From Cercozoa sp. M6MM (Eukaryota; Protista; Endomyxa: Ascetosporea), in assembly GCA_040357565.1 (NCBI GenBank), contig JBDODJ010000109.1: a DNA stretch of 37,377 nucleotides. One strand, written 5' to 3'. This document shows positions 1 through 11,949 of the stretch, one piece after another. The position numbers and the translations under genes were made by a program. Numbering within the stretch: position 1 is the stretch's first letter; each line of letters starts with the position of its first letter. Under the pieces are notes generated by a model that was not told the DNA's origin, did not search any database, and saw only the letters and a list, made by a program, of their open reading frames with translations.

Positions 1-945
1 AAAGTGCTGCCTACATGCTCGACGGCGCCAATGACGTCGAGTACGCGCTGCACCGAACGTCGGTTCAGTTCGCTGTCGTTGCCCAGTGCGCGCACTCGCA
101 GGGCTACCGAGGTGGGGGTAACAGGGGGGGGGGGGTAAACAGGGGGTAAACAGGGGGGTAAACAGGGGGGTAAATATGGGGTAACAGGGGGAGTAAACAG
201 GGGAGTAAACAGGGGAGTAAACAGGGGGGTAAACAGGGGAGTAAACAGGGGGGTAAATAGGGGGTAAATAGGGGGGTAAACAGGGGGGTAAATAGGGGTA
301 AACAGGGGAGTAAGAGGAGGGTGAAAGGAGGAGGATAGGCAGGGGGTAAAGCTACCCAACTGGTGACTATAGGCACGCAGCAGAGCGCAGCGTTCGCGAT
401 CGAGTGCGCGACTGAACAGACGCAGCTTGCGTGGTGGGAAGGCTGCTATCTCCCTGCGGGGTAAAATGGGGGGTAAAGTGGGGGGTAAAATGGGGGGTAA
501 AGTGGGGGGTAAAATGGGGGGTAAGATGGGGGGTAAAACTGCACGCACGCGTCGATGGCGTCGTCGTCGTCATCGTCGCTGCCGGTTTTTTCGCACTCAC
601 TGACACCATAGGCGCTGGCAACACCTGTCCGCGCGGACGGTGGCATGTATTCTGGCGACAGGGCAGTGCTCCGTATGGCCTGTGCGCAGCCTTAATTACA
701 ATCCAGCAAGTACATCTGTACGAGTACGGTACCATGTGCAGTGCACGCAACTCGGAAAAACGTCGTAGCACGCGCCATTCCGTCGAGTGTGACTGGACCT
801 GCACATTGCGTTCTCAACCCCCTTTACCCCACCCCCTTCCCGTTAAAACCAGACGCACGTGCAGCACAAAGAAGCTCGTGTTGGTGGCACCGACGCGCAC
901 AAAGTCCTCCACCTGCACGCGGAACGGAAACTGCGACAGCTCCAT
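1..945 (-). CDS. PX (phox homology) domain protein, spliced; 3' end runs off the window
   Basis: Spliced reading MELSQFPFRVQVEDFVRVGATNTSFFVLH|VQSHSTEWRVLRRFSELRALHM|AIRSTAL...DDDDDAIDA|EIAAFPPRKLRLFSRALDRERCALLRAY. It carries the PX signatures W-x-V-x-RRFSE-x-x-x-LH, FPP(R/K)K and ER-x-x-x-L-x-x-Y. Introns are GT-AG. Confidence 0.75.
115..352. repeat. Intronic G/C-run minisatellite (about GGGGGGTAAACA, 11-13 nt unit)
   Basis: Tandem copies of gggggg taaa(c/t)a are visible inside a PX-gene intron; C-rich on the sense strand. Confidence 0.9.
457..538. repeat. Intronic 12-nt minisatellite GGGGGTAAA(A/G)TG
   Basis: About 7 tandem copies inside a PX-gene intron. It generates the spurious GVKW repeat ORF. 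Confidence 0.9.
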
Positions 946-1281
946 CGCGGCCTGCCTTTCCTTTTCTCTCGCTGATCCAACACACATACACACCGTCTTG
1001 ACCAAAGTGGCAAAATTGATGATTGTGCCAATGATCATCTATCACTAGAGTCGCTACCAATTGCGGAAACGTGCAGACGGTAGTTTGTGCACCGCTAAAA
1101 ACCCTCTAAGAGCATGCATTGTCGGCTCGAGAAACTCTCGGCTCATTCTGTTCAGATTGTACACATGCGCACTTGTCGTGCTGGCTCATTTTCTAGACGG
1201 CGCTGATGCACGCATTCACGCAGGCTAGTTGGTACCAGCGGCGTACGTGCACCCAAATAACGGTGTGCCTGCGCTGGCAGC

Positions 1282-3217
1282 ATGGTTTGTAGCGCCGTTT
1301 TCGTAACAGATCTCAATGGTAGAATTCTTGTCTAACTCGCACCACGTGACCCTTGTTTCGTGTGCTGTGCCCGGCACGGTTGCATTTGTGTTTGACCAGC
1401 CATGCCTATGTTGCAATTCCGCAATGATTGATTTGTGATCGGTGTGCACCAAGCCAGCGAAATATTGTTGCTGTGCAGGCAAGGTGCTGATTGCGCGAAA
1501 CTACCGCGGTGATGTTGCGCCGTCGGTGGTGGAGAAGTTCGCGCAGCGACTGGCCACGACAGAGCACGAGTCGGGCGCACCGCCGATCTTTGTTGCTGTG
1601 TGCTTCCATTTTTTCAGTTTAGTTTAGCTGATGAGATTAACGGAGGTTGTTTTTGCCTGGACAGAACGGCGTGACGTTCGCTTACCTAACGCATCAGAAC
1701 GTATGCGTGTTGGCAGTGACGAAGCGCAACGCCAACGCTGCACTGATGCTGAGCTTCCTGAACAGTCTGGTGCAGGTGTTCACCGACTACTTTGGCGAGC
1801 TGCAGGAGGAGAGCATTCGCGACAACTTCGTCATCATCTACGAGCTGCTTGACGAGTGCATGGACTTTGGCTACCCGCAGTTCACCGAGTCCAAGATTCT
1901 CAAGGAGTACCCTGGCTTCTCTTTGGTTCTATGCTATTTGTTCTATGGTACCGCCTCCCCCGGTGCGTGCAGTGTGATCTGCGTCAAGGAGAAGCACACG
2001 CTGAAACTGGGCGGCAGCAAAAAGCCTTCTGTAAGCTCTATGTGTTGCTTTGTGTTTCTTGTGGAGTAGGTTATGTTGTGTTGCTTCGCAGGCGGAGGCA
2101 CTGCAGCAGATGACGCGCAACGTGTCATGGAGACCGCCAGGTATCAAGCACAAGAAGAACGAGGTCTTCCTAGACGTGGTAGAGAAACTCAACCTCCTCG
2201 TTGGCTCCAACGGCCGCGTGCTGCACTCCGAGATTGGTGTGTGCTGTTTTACCCCTTACGCTTGACCTTGCCCTTGACCTTCCTTTCCCCTTGACCCTTG
2301 CCCTTCACCCCTTGACCCTTGCCCTTTACCCTTGACTTTGACCCCTGACAGTGGGTGCACTCAAGATGAAGAGCTACCTCAGTGGCATGCCGGAACTCAA
2401 GCTCGGTCTCAACGACAAACTGCTGCTGGAGGGACGACGCGCCGGCAGTGGACGTGCCACGCGCGGCAAACTTGTCGAAATGGACGATATTCGTTTCCAC
2501 CAGTGGTAGGCTGGAGTTAGCCCCCCCCCCCCCCTCTACCTTATTGCCCCTCCCCCCAGTGTGCGACTGTCACGGTTCGAGAGCGACCGGAGCATCACAT
2601 TCGTGCCGCCGGACGGCGAGTTCGACCTGATGACGTACCGACTGGACACACGCGTGCGGCCGCTGATCTGGGTGGAGACGCACATCGAGCGGCACTCGCA
2701 CTCGCGCGTCGAGTACATGGTGAAGGCGCGCGCCGAGTTCAAGCGGCGCAGCACGGCCAACAATGTGCAGATCGTCGTGCCTGTGCCGGACGACGCCGAC
2801 TCGCCGCACTTTCGCACCACGTGCGGTGAGGTCGACTACGTGCCCGAGGACAACGCCATCGTGTGGCACATCCCGCAGTTCCGCGGACAGGACGAGTTCC
2901 TCATGCGCGCGCACTTTGGCCTGCCCTCCATCACTGCCGCCGACGCCGGCGACGACGATCAAGACGAGCTCGCCTTCCGACAGGTAGTGTTAACCTTGCT
3001 ACCCTTGCTACCTAGCATGTTCAGCACTCCCTCTGTGTGTCACTCCCTCTGTGTGTCCCAGCGGCCGATTCGCATACATTTCGAAATCCCATACTTCACG
3101 GTGAGCGGTATCCAGGTGCGCTACCTCAAGATCATCGAGAAGAGCGGCTACCAGGCGCTTCCGTGGGTGCGCTACATCACGCAGAACGGCGACTACCAGA
3201 TCCGCATCGGCTCCTAA
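1282..3217 (+). CDS. AP1M1: AP-1 adaptor complex mu subunit (8 exons)
   Basis: MVCSAVFVTDLN|GKVLIARNYRGD...EESIRDNFVIIYELLDECMDFGYPQ...VSWRPPGIKHKKNEVFLDVVE...SYLSGMPELKLGLND...FHQ|CVRLSRFESDRSITFVPPDGEF...FEIPYFTVSGIQVRYLKIIEKSGYQALPWVRYITQNGDYQIR. These are hallmark mu1 motifs; all introns are GT-AG and keep frame. Confidence 0.97.
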
Positions 3218-3495
3218 CGAGTACTGTACGATTCGCCGTGTGTAGGCCCTCCTGTAGCAAGCACCGGCTCGATCGGATCCGATCTTTGTGCTCCTATGTC
3301 TCTAATTTCAACGTTTTTATTTCTCAGCGCAGGCTGCGGAACGTACACGCCAGCGTATTCAGTTTTCAGTTCTTTTTACTGTGCGGTACTCCGCCGTAGG
3401 AAAGTGGTGTGGCTACGGAAAATTTCCACAGAGTTTTGCTCTGCTGGCTGACAGCCGGGCAGTGGTGCCAGCACGTGTGTGTGTACATAACTGAA

Positions 3496-6400
3496 ATGGA
3501 TTCTGACGACCCCAGCAGTGATTACACAGAAGTGGAGCCTGAGGAGGACTTTGCTCTGACGCTCGCGGACTTTGTTGCTCCTTCAACTGCAGCGACACCG
3601 GCTGAGGCAGATGCAGCAGTCGCAAATGACACAGGGGAAGATGGGCCTATGGATCGAATTCCGTTTAAGGTAGTTGACATGACGGCTGACCCACATGTCA
3701 GTTCCGACGAGGAAGAGGAGGCGAGTGTCGTTGCCTCACGACTGTTCGATCGCACTGACGCAGTTTCGCTGGTGTTTCCCTTCATGACAATCGAGGAGCT
3801 TGTGTCCACATGTGCCTCAGGTAGCTTTTGTTCCTATATGGCGTAGTGGAGTTAATTGACCCCCCCCTTCCCCCAGTGAGCACGTGGTGGCGTGACCTGG
3901 CTCTGCGAGAATTTAAAGCTCGACTCACCGAAGTGTATGGCAATCTGATAATGATCATTTGCCGCATTTCGATTGGTGCTAGGCAGCTCCAAACGGCAGG
4001 CCGAGTGGATTACTGCATGTCCTCAAAATGCACATGCCATGCTTCAACTGACACAAGTGCGAGTAACTTCTTGTTATTGAATGTGCAGTTTGCAGTTTGT
4101 AGCCAGGTCTATTTTTTATTTTGCTTGTGTTTTTGACGCTGTATTGTAGAATTTCGCTGACCCATCGAATGTGGTACTTTGGCGGTTAGTGTCTTGTCGG
4201 TGCTTGGCAGTTTGTGAGTTAAGCTTGGGTTCAGTCTGCTGTCGGCTGGATCCACTTGTCAGCCAACCCGTTCCGCTCGCGTTTCTCCATCTCGTACAAT
4301 CCAAAAGTGAACTTGAAATGACTTGCTATGTATGGCGGTGCAACAGTCATCTCGAGAACGACGGGCGTGTGCTGCTGGCAACGCCCCAACAGTCGACTCG
4401 TTCGGCAGTGTGGCAGGTCACTTTGTTCGACCCGGAGCAAGAGGATCCGACGGTGTTTTCTGGGTGCTTTTCTCTGCTCTTGCTACTTGAAGTCTTACTG
4501 CTGCTTTTGCTTCTCTTTACCCTCGTGTCGGTTGTGTAGAATCCGGGCTTACCGCGGTCCAGCGCGTGCAGTGCGTCGCCTCGAGTTTCTGCGCACACCG
4601 CATGATGCTCTCTTTGTGGATTGGGTACTTTTACTCGGTCATCTTACTTCCTTTTTATCCCCTGGTATTTGCCCCTTATCTTCTCTTCCAACTTTCGTCT
4701 CTGACCCCCAGGACGAGCAGCGACTGGCGCAGGTGTCGGTGCACAGGAGCGATCAGCAGGCCGAGTGTCGACTGGTGTTCCGCGACTTTGACGGCACCTA
4801 CTCGTAGTATCACATCAGAGGGGAAATGGGAGGAGGGGGATGGCGGCAATTGGGAACACTGTGACAGTGTGCAAACGAGCGAACTGCGAATGCCGATGCG
4901 ACAGGTGCGACGCGCACAATTTTTCGTCACGGTACCGTTTTCTATTACCCCCCCTCCCACTTTACCCCCCTTCCTCTCCAGGCAGAGGAGCGCGTGGTGG
5001 CACGTACGGCGAGCGGCGTCGTGTACCGTGCGACCGAGAGCGGCGACACGGCGGTGCTGCCGTCGGCAGAGGTGTCGGACATGTCGTCACGTGCTCACTG
5101 CGCGTGGCATTTGTCCGATCAGTCACTGACGGTGTATCAACTGGGAGGTCACCTGTGCAATCAAAGCTGTGATGACGGTGCTGACTACATGGCGATCAAG
5201 CGTGTCACCGTTGAGGATCCGCGCTGGTGCTTCCATCACGTCGCTGTCGACGACTCGCGGCGGCGCACGCGCATCGTGGCCGTGCTGACGTGCGAGACTG
5301 TACTTTACCCCTTATCCCTTTTACCCTTTATGTTTCCACTTCCCCACCAGGAGGAAGAACGACAGGTGGCGTATGTGCCGTTGCACAAAGTGCTCGAGAA
5401 GTGCACAGCCTTGTCGCTCGACATGGAAGAGCCGCCCGAAGGCACCACTCGAATCAGCATAAAGTAACTTTCGCTCTGTGTTCTTGTTTTTTGGGACCGC
5501 AGAAGGTGAACTGAATTGTATGTGTGTCTCAAAACAGAAAAACTGAGCAAGTGCCAACGTTGAGTGTTGACGCTACCACAGGTGCCAGTGTGCCTGATTG
5601 TGTACCAAACCGCATATGCACCCGTTGGATTAGGCGAGTTCGTGCTGCATGCCACGAGTTTGCTGTCACAGTTCCGGTGGCGTGGCGTTTTTCTTCGGAA
5701 TCTCGGTTCATTTTGTTTTGTCTGTATTGGATAAAGGTACTGGAGTGTGCCTGCAGGAGCCACAGCGCAGCTGAGCCAAGGCCCTTTCCGTGTGCCGGCA
5801 TGTCAGTTGCCAGGCTCGCGAATGTCGCCGATCTTTATGGTGGACAATGAAGTCATTCAGCGCTCAGGTGCTCGATCATTTCGAGAGCTCTTTTAACTGG
5901 GATATCCTTTGTGTGTGTAGTGCTCAATCGCTCGATCTTCAAGGAACCTGCCGTGTGCGACCCCTTCGGTAGAATGCAGATTGCAGATGTCCTGGCGTGT
6001 GGACACACACGAATTCTAGTGCCTGCTCCTGAGCATCCCGTAACTTTTTTGCGTTTTGCTTTTTGCTCGACTCTGTTTGGTTGCTAGGAGTTTGTGTGGT
6101 GCAGAATGTTGTTCTTTTAATGGATCTAACGCGTCGAGACAAGGTTTCGCGCATGGTAAATTCTGCAAACCGGTTCTGCAGTTTTGTTTTGACCTGATTG
6201 TCAGCCTAGAAACACTGTGGATTTCAACAACTTGTTCACGCAAGCCAAGGTGAGTTGCGTCTGACCTTTCAGTGTGTTTTGTTGTGTGAACACCCTGTGT
6301 CACACACGCACCTTTTTGTAGAGACTGGAGGAACGTGCGGTTCGGCAAGCCGCAGAGGACGAAAAAACTGAGGCGAGTACCGATGTCTCGAGTCCACCCG

Positions 6401-7008
6401 AGGAGAAACTGAGTCGTCGTCAGCGGTGTGTTGTGTTGATCAGTGTATAGTTTCTCTCTTTCTCTGGTCTCTCTGGGCTCTGTTATCTGTGAAAACACAG
6501 GCGACAGCGGCGGCACGAGCAGCTGGAGCAACGCAAGCTGCAGCGACTCGGACGACTCCAGTCGGAACGAAAGCACGCGCGCCGTCCGCGACAGCACGCC
6601 GAGAATCGCAGTCGCACCAAGCGCATCCTGACGCGAACAGAGGTACCTTACATGATGGAGTTGATGTGTGCACAGATATGCTTCTGCATATATACGCATC
6701 TGCAATACTGTCTGGTCAGATTAAGTACCTGCAAGGAGTCGGCAATGGGCACTCGCGCTTCTACTGCACCGAGGTTTTCCCGGACGGCCAGGTTTCTGTG
6801 AAGCTACGTCCGGTGTGTTGAATCTCTCTTCCCCTTGACTGATAGTGTGCATTCTCTTGGTCAGGACTGGTACAAGGATTACCAGCAAGAGCAGCGTCTG
6901 GCGAAGGACCGTCAAGCTGTACCTCTTTCCAAACACCCGCCCACTCTTCCTTTGGTGTCACGTCAGTGTTGGTAGGAGCGCGAGCGTAGCAGGACCAAGC
7001 ACAAGTGA
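3496..7008 (+). CDS. F-box-like protein, multi-exon; C-terminal region unassigned
   Basis: Acidic N-terminus, then LFDRTDAVSLVFPFMTIEELVSTCAS|VSTWWRDLA resembling an F-box. Many short GT-AG-bounded exons follow, ending ...DWYKDYQQEQRLAKDRQA|ERERSRTKHK* (TGA 7006-7008). Internal exon structure only partly resolved; could be two genes. Confidence 0.6.
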
Positions 7009-7776
7009 GCATCGAACTGCCCGTGCAGCTGAACAAAATAAACCTAACTGTGAACTGAACTATAGCCGAGCGAACTGGCAGTCTCGCTCCGGAAATTAAA
7101 TATGGCTGGCGTGGGGGTTCAGTCGAATACGAATCGAAAGATATTCAATCCATCGGTATAGAAACCAACACCACGCTGAACCCGCTGCCCAAGGCATTAA
7201 ACCACGGACCATACGATGGAACGAATAAATCGAAATTCCACCCACGACGAGCTGGGGTTTGTGGAGCTGTTCTTAGAACAACTGGAAGTGGCCCTCATGC
7301 GCCGCCACGCACGAAAAAATAAGATAATATGAACTTGACACGATTTGAAACAACTTGAACAGCAGGAAGCAGTGTAAACGCAAGTTTAGAGGAACGCAAG
7401 TGTGTGCATGTGGATGCTTGTACAACACAGCCAGAACGAAACGGCAATTATTTTGCTTTAATCTTTTTCCAATGAATGGCCATTGTATTTTTTGCTCTTT
7501 TCGGTTCTGTTGAGGTCCAAGAGAGGGAGAGAGGGAGAGAGAGGAACAACTGTGCGTGCGAGAGAAGAAGACAAACAAGCACAAGCACAAGCATCAGACG
7601 CGGACAAAGCGAAACTCTCTCCATTCCTTTTTGCTCACTTTGCGAAAGAAACAAGCGGGTGTGAGCGAGAAAAAACACACGCACACACACAAGAGGACCG
7701 GGACGCAAAGAAACCAAGGAAGGGAAAGAGGGAGACAGGAAGGACACAAAACGCACCTGTTCAAATGTCTCTGACC

Positions 7777-10700
7777 TTAATACCGACCCTGCGGAGGACG
7801 CGACTGAGCAGCGGCACCGCCTGCCTGCTGCTGCTGCTGTTGAGGAACGGCAGCGCCCGTGTAACCTGCTGCATACGCGCCCTGCTGGTACGCTGCCGCG
7901 TACTGCACCCAAGGGTAAGGGGGAGGGGGTTAAAGTAGGGGGTTAAAGCATGAGAGTTGTACCTGCGGGTTGTACTGCGCGTACTGAGCGTACTGCACAT
8001 GGAGGAGGGGTACAGAGGGGGTAAAGGAGGTAGGGGTATGCGAGTACCTGAGCCTGCTGCGGCTGTGCAAACTGCGCCGCCGGGGCGCGGTACGCCTGCT
8101 GCAGCGGCGCCTCTTGCGACTGCGCCGGCTCCTGCACAAGTAGGCAGAGTTATACCCTTCCGTATTAACCCCTCCCCCCGTTAACCCTGTTTACCCCTCC
8201 CTGTATACCCGTGAAATCCCCCATTATCCTCCTTTTATCTCGGCCCTTTCAAGGTACCTGGTAGGAGCGTGGTCGCTGCTGCCTGGGCGAGCGTGAGCGC
8301 CGCTCGCGTCTCTCGTAGCCGCCGCGATCGCCGCCGCGGTAGCCGTCGCGACTGCCGCGGTCGTTCCGATCTGCCCGGAGGGTCATGAGTGGGGAAGGTA
8401 AAGAGGGGGAGAGGGGTAAAGAGGGGGGTAAAGAGGGGGGTAAAGAGGGGGTAAAGAGGAGGTAAAAGCTACCATAGCCCCCGCGGAAGCCGCCCCTGTG
8501 ACCGCCTGAGTGTCGTCCGTATTCCCGAAATCCACGTCGGCCGCCTCGTCGTGCCGCCACACTCACGCGCAGGGGTTCCTGGGGGAGGTTGGGGAAAAGT
8601 TAAGGGGGAGGGGTACAAGGTTAAGGGGGAGGGTACAAGGTTAAGGGGGAGGGGTACAAGGTTAAGGGGGAGGGAGGGGATAACACACCTTGGCATCGAA
8701 AGGCATGGTTTTGTCAGTCTGCGCAATGGCGGCCTGTGCCTCGGCGGGTTTCTCGAAGTGCACAAAGCCCATGCCGCGGTTCGGCGGCTGATTCGCCTTG
8801 GTCAGCACGCGCACCGACACGATCTTCCCGTAGTGCTGGAAGGCCGCGCGTAGGTCCTACTCAGGTGGAGGTGAAGGAGGGTAAAGGTGGGAGGGGGTCA
8901 AAGCACCTCCTCCTTCCAGTCGTTGGGAAAGCGCGCGACATAGATGTTGCACGATTCCTCGCGCTCGCCGCCGCCGCCGCCGCCGTAGGGCCGCTGGTCG
9001 TAGCGCCCGCTCCGCGCGGACGGGTAGGCGCCGTAGTAGCCGTGACCCGGTCCGCCCGGATGCATAGGCGGCACCGGCGCCATCGGCACCTCCATCATCG
9101 GCGCCGGCGCATACGACATCGGCGCCGCCATCGGCGGCACTGGAGCCATCGGCGCGCGTCGGAAGCCACCTCCACGCGGAGGTCCGCCGTCTCCTCGGTA
9201 GTGTCCGCGCGGACCGCCATGTGAACCGCCTCCGCGCGGACCGCCATGTGGACCACCCATGCCGTACTGTCGCATCTGCTGCTGGAAGGCGCCTTCGCGC
9301 ACATCGGCGAATTTTATCGTCGGCATGCAACCCGGAAATCCCTGCGGGGGAGGGGTAAGGGGGGTAGGGGTAGGGCGGGGGGGGGGGGGGGGTAAAGACT
9401 ACCTCGAGCTCCTTGCCGGTGCAGTCCATGATGCAGTGCGCCGCCTCCTGCGGCCGCGCAAAGTGGAGAAACGCCACGCCACGCTGCGGGTGCTGCGTGC
9501 GCACATTCACGATCTTGACCTTCTCCAGTGTGCCGAAGCGCCTGCGGGGGNNNNNNNNNNNNNNNNNNNNNNNNNNNNNNNNNNNNNNNNNNNNNNNNNN
9601 NNNNNNNNNNNNNNNNNNNNNNNNNNNNNNNNNNNNNNNNNNNNNNNNNNCCCAAAAACGCTACCCGAACAGCGTGCGCAGCTGCTTCTCGGTGATGTTG
9701 GTAGGCAGTCCACTCAGGTACAGATTGCGCTGGTGCAGTCGCGTGCTGCGCGGGTTCTTCATCACGTCCTCCTTGGGCAGCACGCGCACCTGCACGCCAT
9801 CCAGCAGCGCCTGCACAGGGTAAGGGGTAGGGGTAGGGGGGTAAGGGGGGTAAGCAGGGGGGTAAACAGGGGGGTAAACCTCGTGCTTGAAGCGCACGGC
9901 AGCGGCGGCCTGCACAGGCGTGTCGAAGCGCACAAAGGCGAAGTTGCTCTTGCCCTGCTCGGACCGGTCCACCAGTCGCATGAACTTTATCTCGCCATGC
10001 TCCTCCAGCCAGTCGCGCACGCGCTCCTCGCTCGCCGTGTTGGGCAGCGAGTCCACGAACACGTAGGCCGACACGTGCTCCTCGCGGCCCTCGCGCTCTT
10101 GCTGTGCCAGGAGACCAAGGGTGCAGGGGTAGGGTTAAGGGGGTAGGGGTTAAGGGAGAGGGTTAGGGGATAGGGGGTTAAGGGATAGGGGGTTAAGGGA
10201 TAGGAGGTTAAGGGATAGAGGGATATGGGTTAAGGGATAAAGGGATATGGGTTAGGGGGGGTAGGGTTAGCAAATACCTCGTAGGCCTCGTACTCGGGAA
10301 TCTGCCGCTCGATCGCTTCCTCCTCTGTCAGCGGACGGTCTTGATTCGGCACGCCGAGTCCCTGGGGACGGGGGGTAAGATGGGGGGCAAGATGGGGGGG
10401 GGGTAAGATGTGGGCCAGGGAGTACCAGCCGCGGCTCAGCAGCCGTCAGCACCGGCTCATTTCGGCTCTGCTGAGCCGGAGCTGACGACGGCGTGTAGGG
10501 CGGGGCATCGCTGTCCAGCTGCATCCGCGCGGACGCATCGGTCGGCTCCTCGTCGCCGTGCGTCGGCTCGCTCTTGACCGCCTGCGTCTCGGCCTGTTCC
10601 GCCGGCTGTTCTGGCTGCTGTTCCGGTTCCTGCTCAGCCTCATGTTCCGGCTCAGACTCCGACTTTGGCTCCGGCTCAAACCCCGGCTCTTGTTTCGGCT

Positions 10701-10955
10701 CCTGACTCGTCGGTTCGGACTCGCCTTCGACTCGCTCGAGCTGCGGCAACTCGGAGCTTTCGGTCTTGACGTCTGCTGCCTGCTGTGGTACACCAGGGAG
10801 CGTAACGAGGTAATTTAAAGTAAGCACTGGTTGCAGACTTTCACAGACACAGAATTCGCCTCAAAACAGAGGATGAAAACAGCACACCAAACATGACAAC
10901 ACAAAACAAAATTGCCACCAAGAAAAACACACACCGCCGACTCGTCAACTGACAT
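7777..10955 (-). CDS. Three-RRM RNA-binding protein, ELAV/Hu/RBMS-like, with RGG-rich and Q/Y-rich tails
   Basis: RRM1 YVFVDSLP...NFAFVRF; RRM2 NLYLSGLP...RGVAFLHF...PTIKFA; RRM3 NIYVARFP...RGMGFVHF. Ends ...QSRPPQGRY* (TAA 7779-7777). Start uncertain: ATG 10955 preferred, upstream ATG at 11044. Confidence 0.85.
9551..9650. other. Assembly gap (100 N) inside an intron of the RRM gene
   Basis: Run of N bordered by gggg and ccc, between exons ...QLRTLFG and RFGTLEK. Confidence 0.95.
10125..10270. repeat. Intronic telomere-like degenerate repeat (GGGATAGGGGTTAA / GGGTTAGGG)
   Basis: Tandem ggttaagggatag units and exact TTAGGG hexamers, inside an RRM-gene intron. Confidence 0.85.
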
Positions 10956-11318
10956 ATCCGTCCACTGAGCTGTGCTTCCCTAACGCAGCAAACACGCACA
11001 ACACTACTCACGTGGGTCGTCTCGTTCAATCCTGGTGTGACCATTTTTTAATCTTGTTTGTTTTATTTCGGAGTGCCGATTGCAAGCCAGGCGGTGCCCA
11101 GTACAGCTGCGGCCAAATAATATGAGCTGCAAAAGCTGAATTAGAGATCTGCGCGCCGTTGGGCGCATCAAAGAGAGTAGCGCACCGGCGTCTCGGTCGG
11201 AGAATAACTTTTGCTACTTGTACAGTACTTTAAGTTCCCTCTTGTGGAACACAAATTTGACGCCGTTGGGCAGCTCAGTTTAGTTCAGTTCGGCCGCGCC
11301 GGCACCAAGCGGAGACAT

Positions 11319-11620
11319 TCAGCCCTTGAAGACGCGCGTGATGATAAAGTTCTCGTCGGTAGCGTAGTTGATGCGATCGGGGCTGCTCAAGACCAAACAA
11401 AAGCAACTGAAAAGTCACCGACTGGACCGAACACACCACCAGACCCAGTACAGCACATTGTGTACCGGTAGTCCATCGTCATCATGCTGTTTGGAGGTAG
11501 CACGCGGTGACCCTTGGCATGCTCGTTGGCGACCACGACGTAGTCAACGCCTTCAATGCCGCCCTCGGGTACGGCATCGTCTTCTCTCAGCGCAGGCTTG
11601 CCCACCAGCTGCTGCAGCAT
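11319..11620 (-). CDS. Small peptidase inhibitor, I78 family (potato inhibitor I-like fold), 72 aa, one intron at 11383-11465
   Basis: MLQQLVGKPALREDDAVPEGGIEGVDYVVVANEHAKGHRVLPPNSMMTMDYR|PDRINYATDENFIITRVFKG*. It matches the RV-x-PP-x-x-x-x-TMDYRPDR-x-N...ITRV-x-x-G motif; splicing restores DYRPDR. Confidence 0.85.
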
Positions 11621-11646
11621 CTCGTCGCTCTTGGACTCGGGCTGCG

Positions 11647-11790
11647 CATTTTGAAATCAGGCAGCAACCGTAGCCATTGTCGCAAGTTTATCGTAGATTT
11701 CACAATGCGCATTCGCAAGTTTATGCTAGATTTTGAAATCAGACAGCAAAATCCAGACGTACCGTAGTCATTGTTGCAAGTTTATGGCAG
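11647..11790. repeat. Degenerate duplicated motifs in the divergent intergenic region
   Basis: TTTTGAAATCAG(G/A)CAGCAA x2, ACCGTAG(C/T)CATTGT(C/T)GCAAGTTTAT x2, GCAAGTTTAT x3. Confidence 0.75.
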
Positions 11791-11949
11791 AATTCCACAC
11801 TTTAAAGCGAGTTTAAAGGACACCCGTGCGTCCCTTTGCAGCAAGACGCATCAACTGAGCCGACATTTCTGAGCCCATGCACAAAAGACGTTTTGTTGTG
11901 TCATTCCTAATATAGGAGTGTGTGCACACGACAGAGCTCCCAGGTTGTT

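Noticed and set aside
104-1048. Repeat-protein ORFs (GVKW, PPCL, FTPH; also HTHT/CVCV and LYPCALT elsewhere)
   Set aside because: They are translations of intronic mini- and microsatellites.
1097-1106. Telo-box (AAACCCT) in the PX/AP1M promoter
   Set aside because: Single imperfect copy; not supportable.
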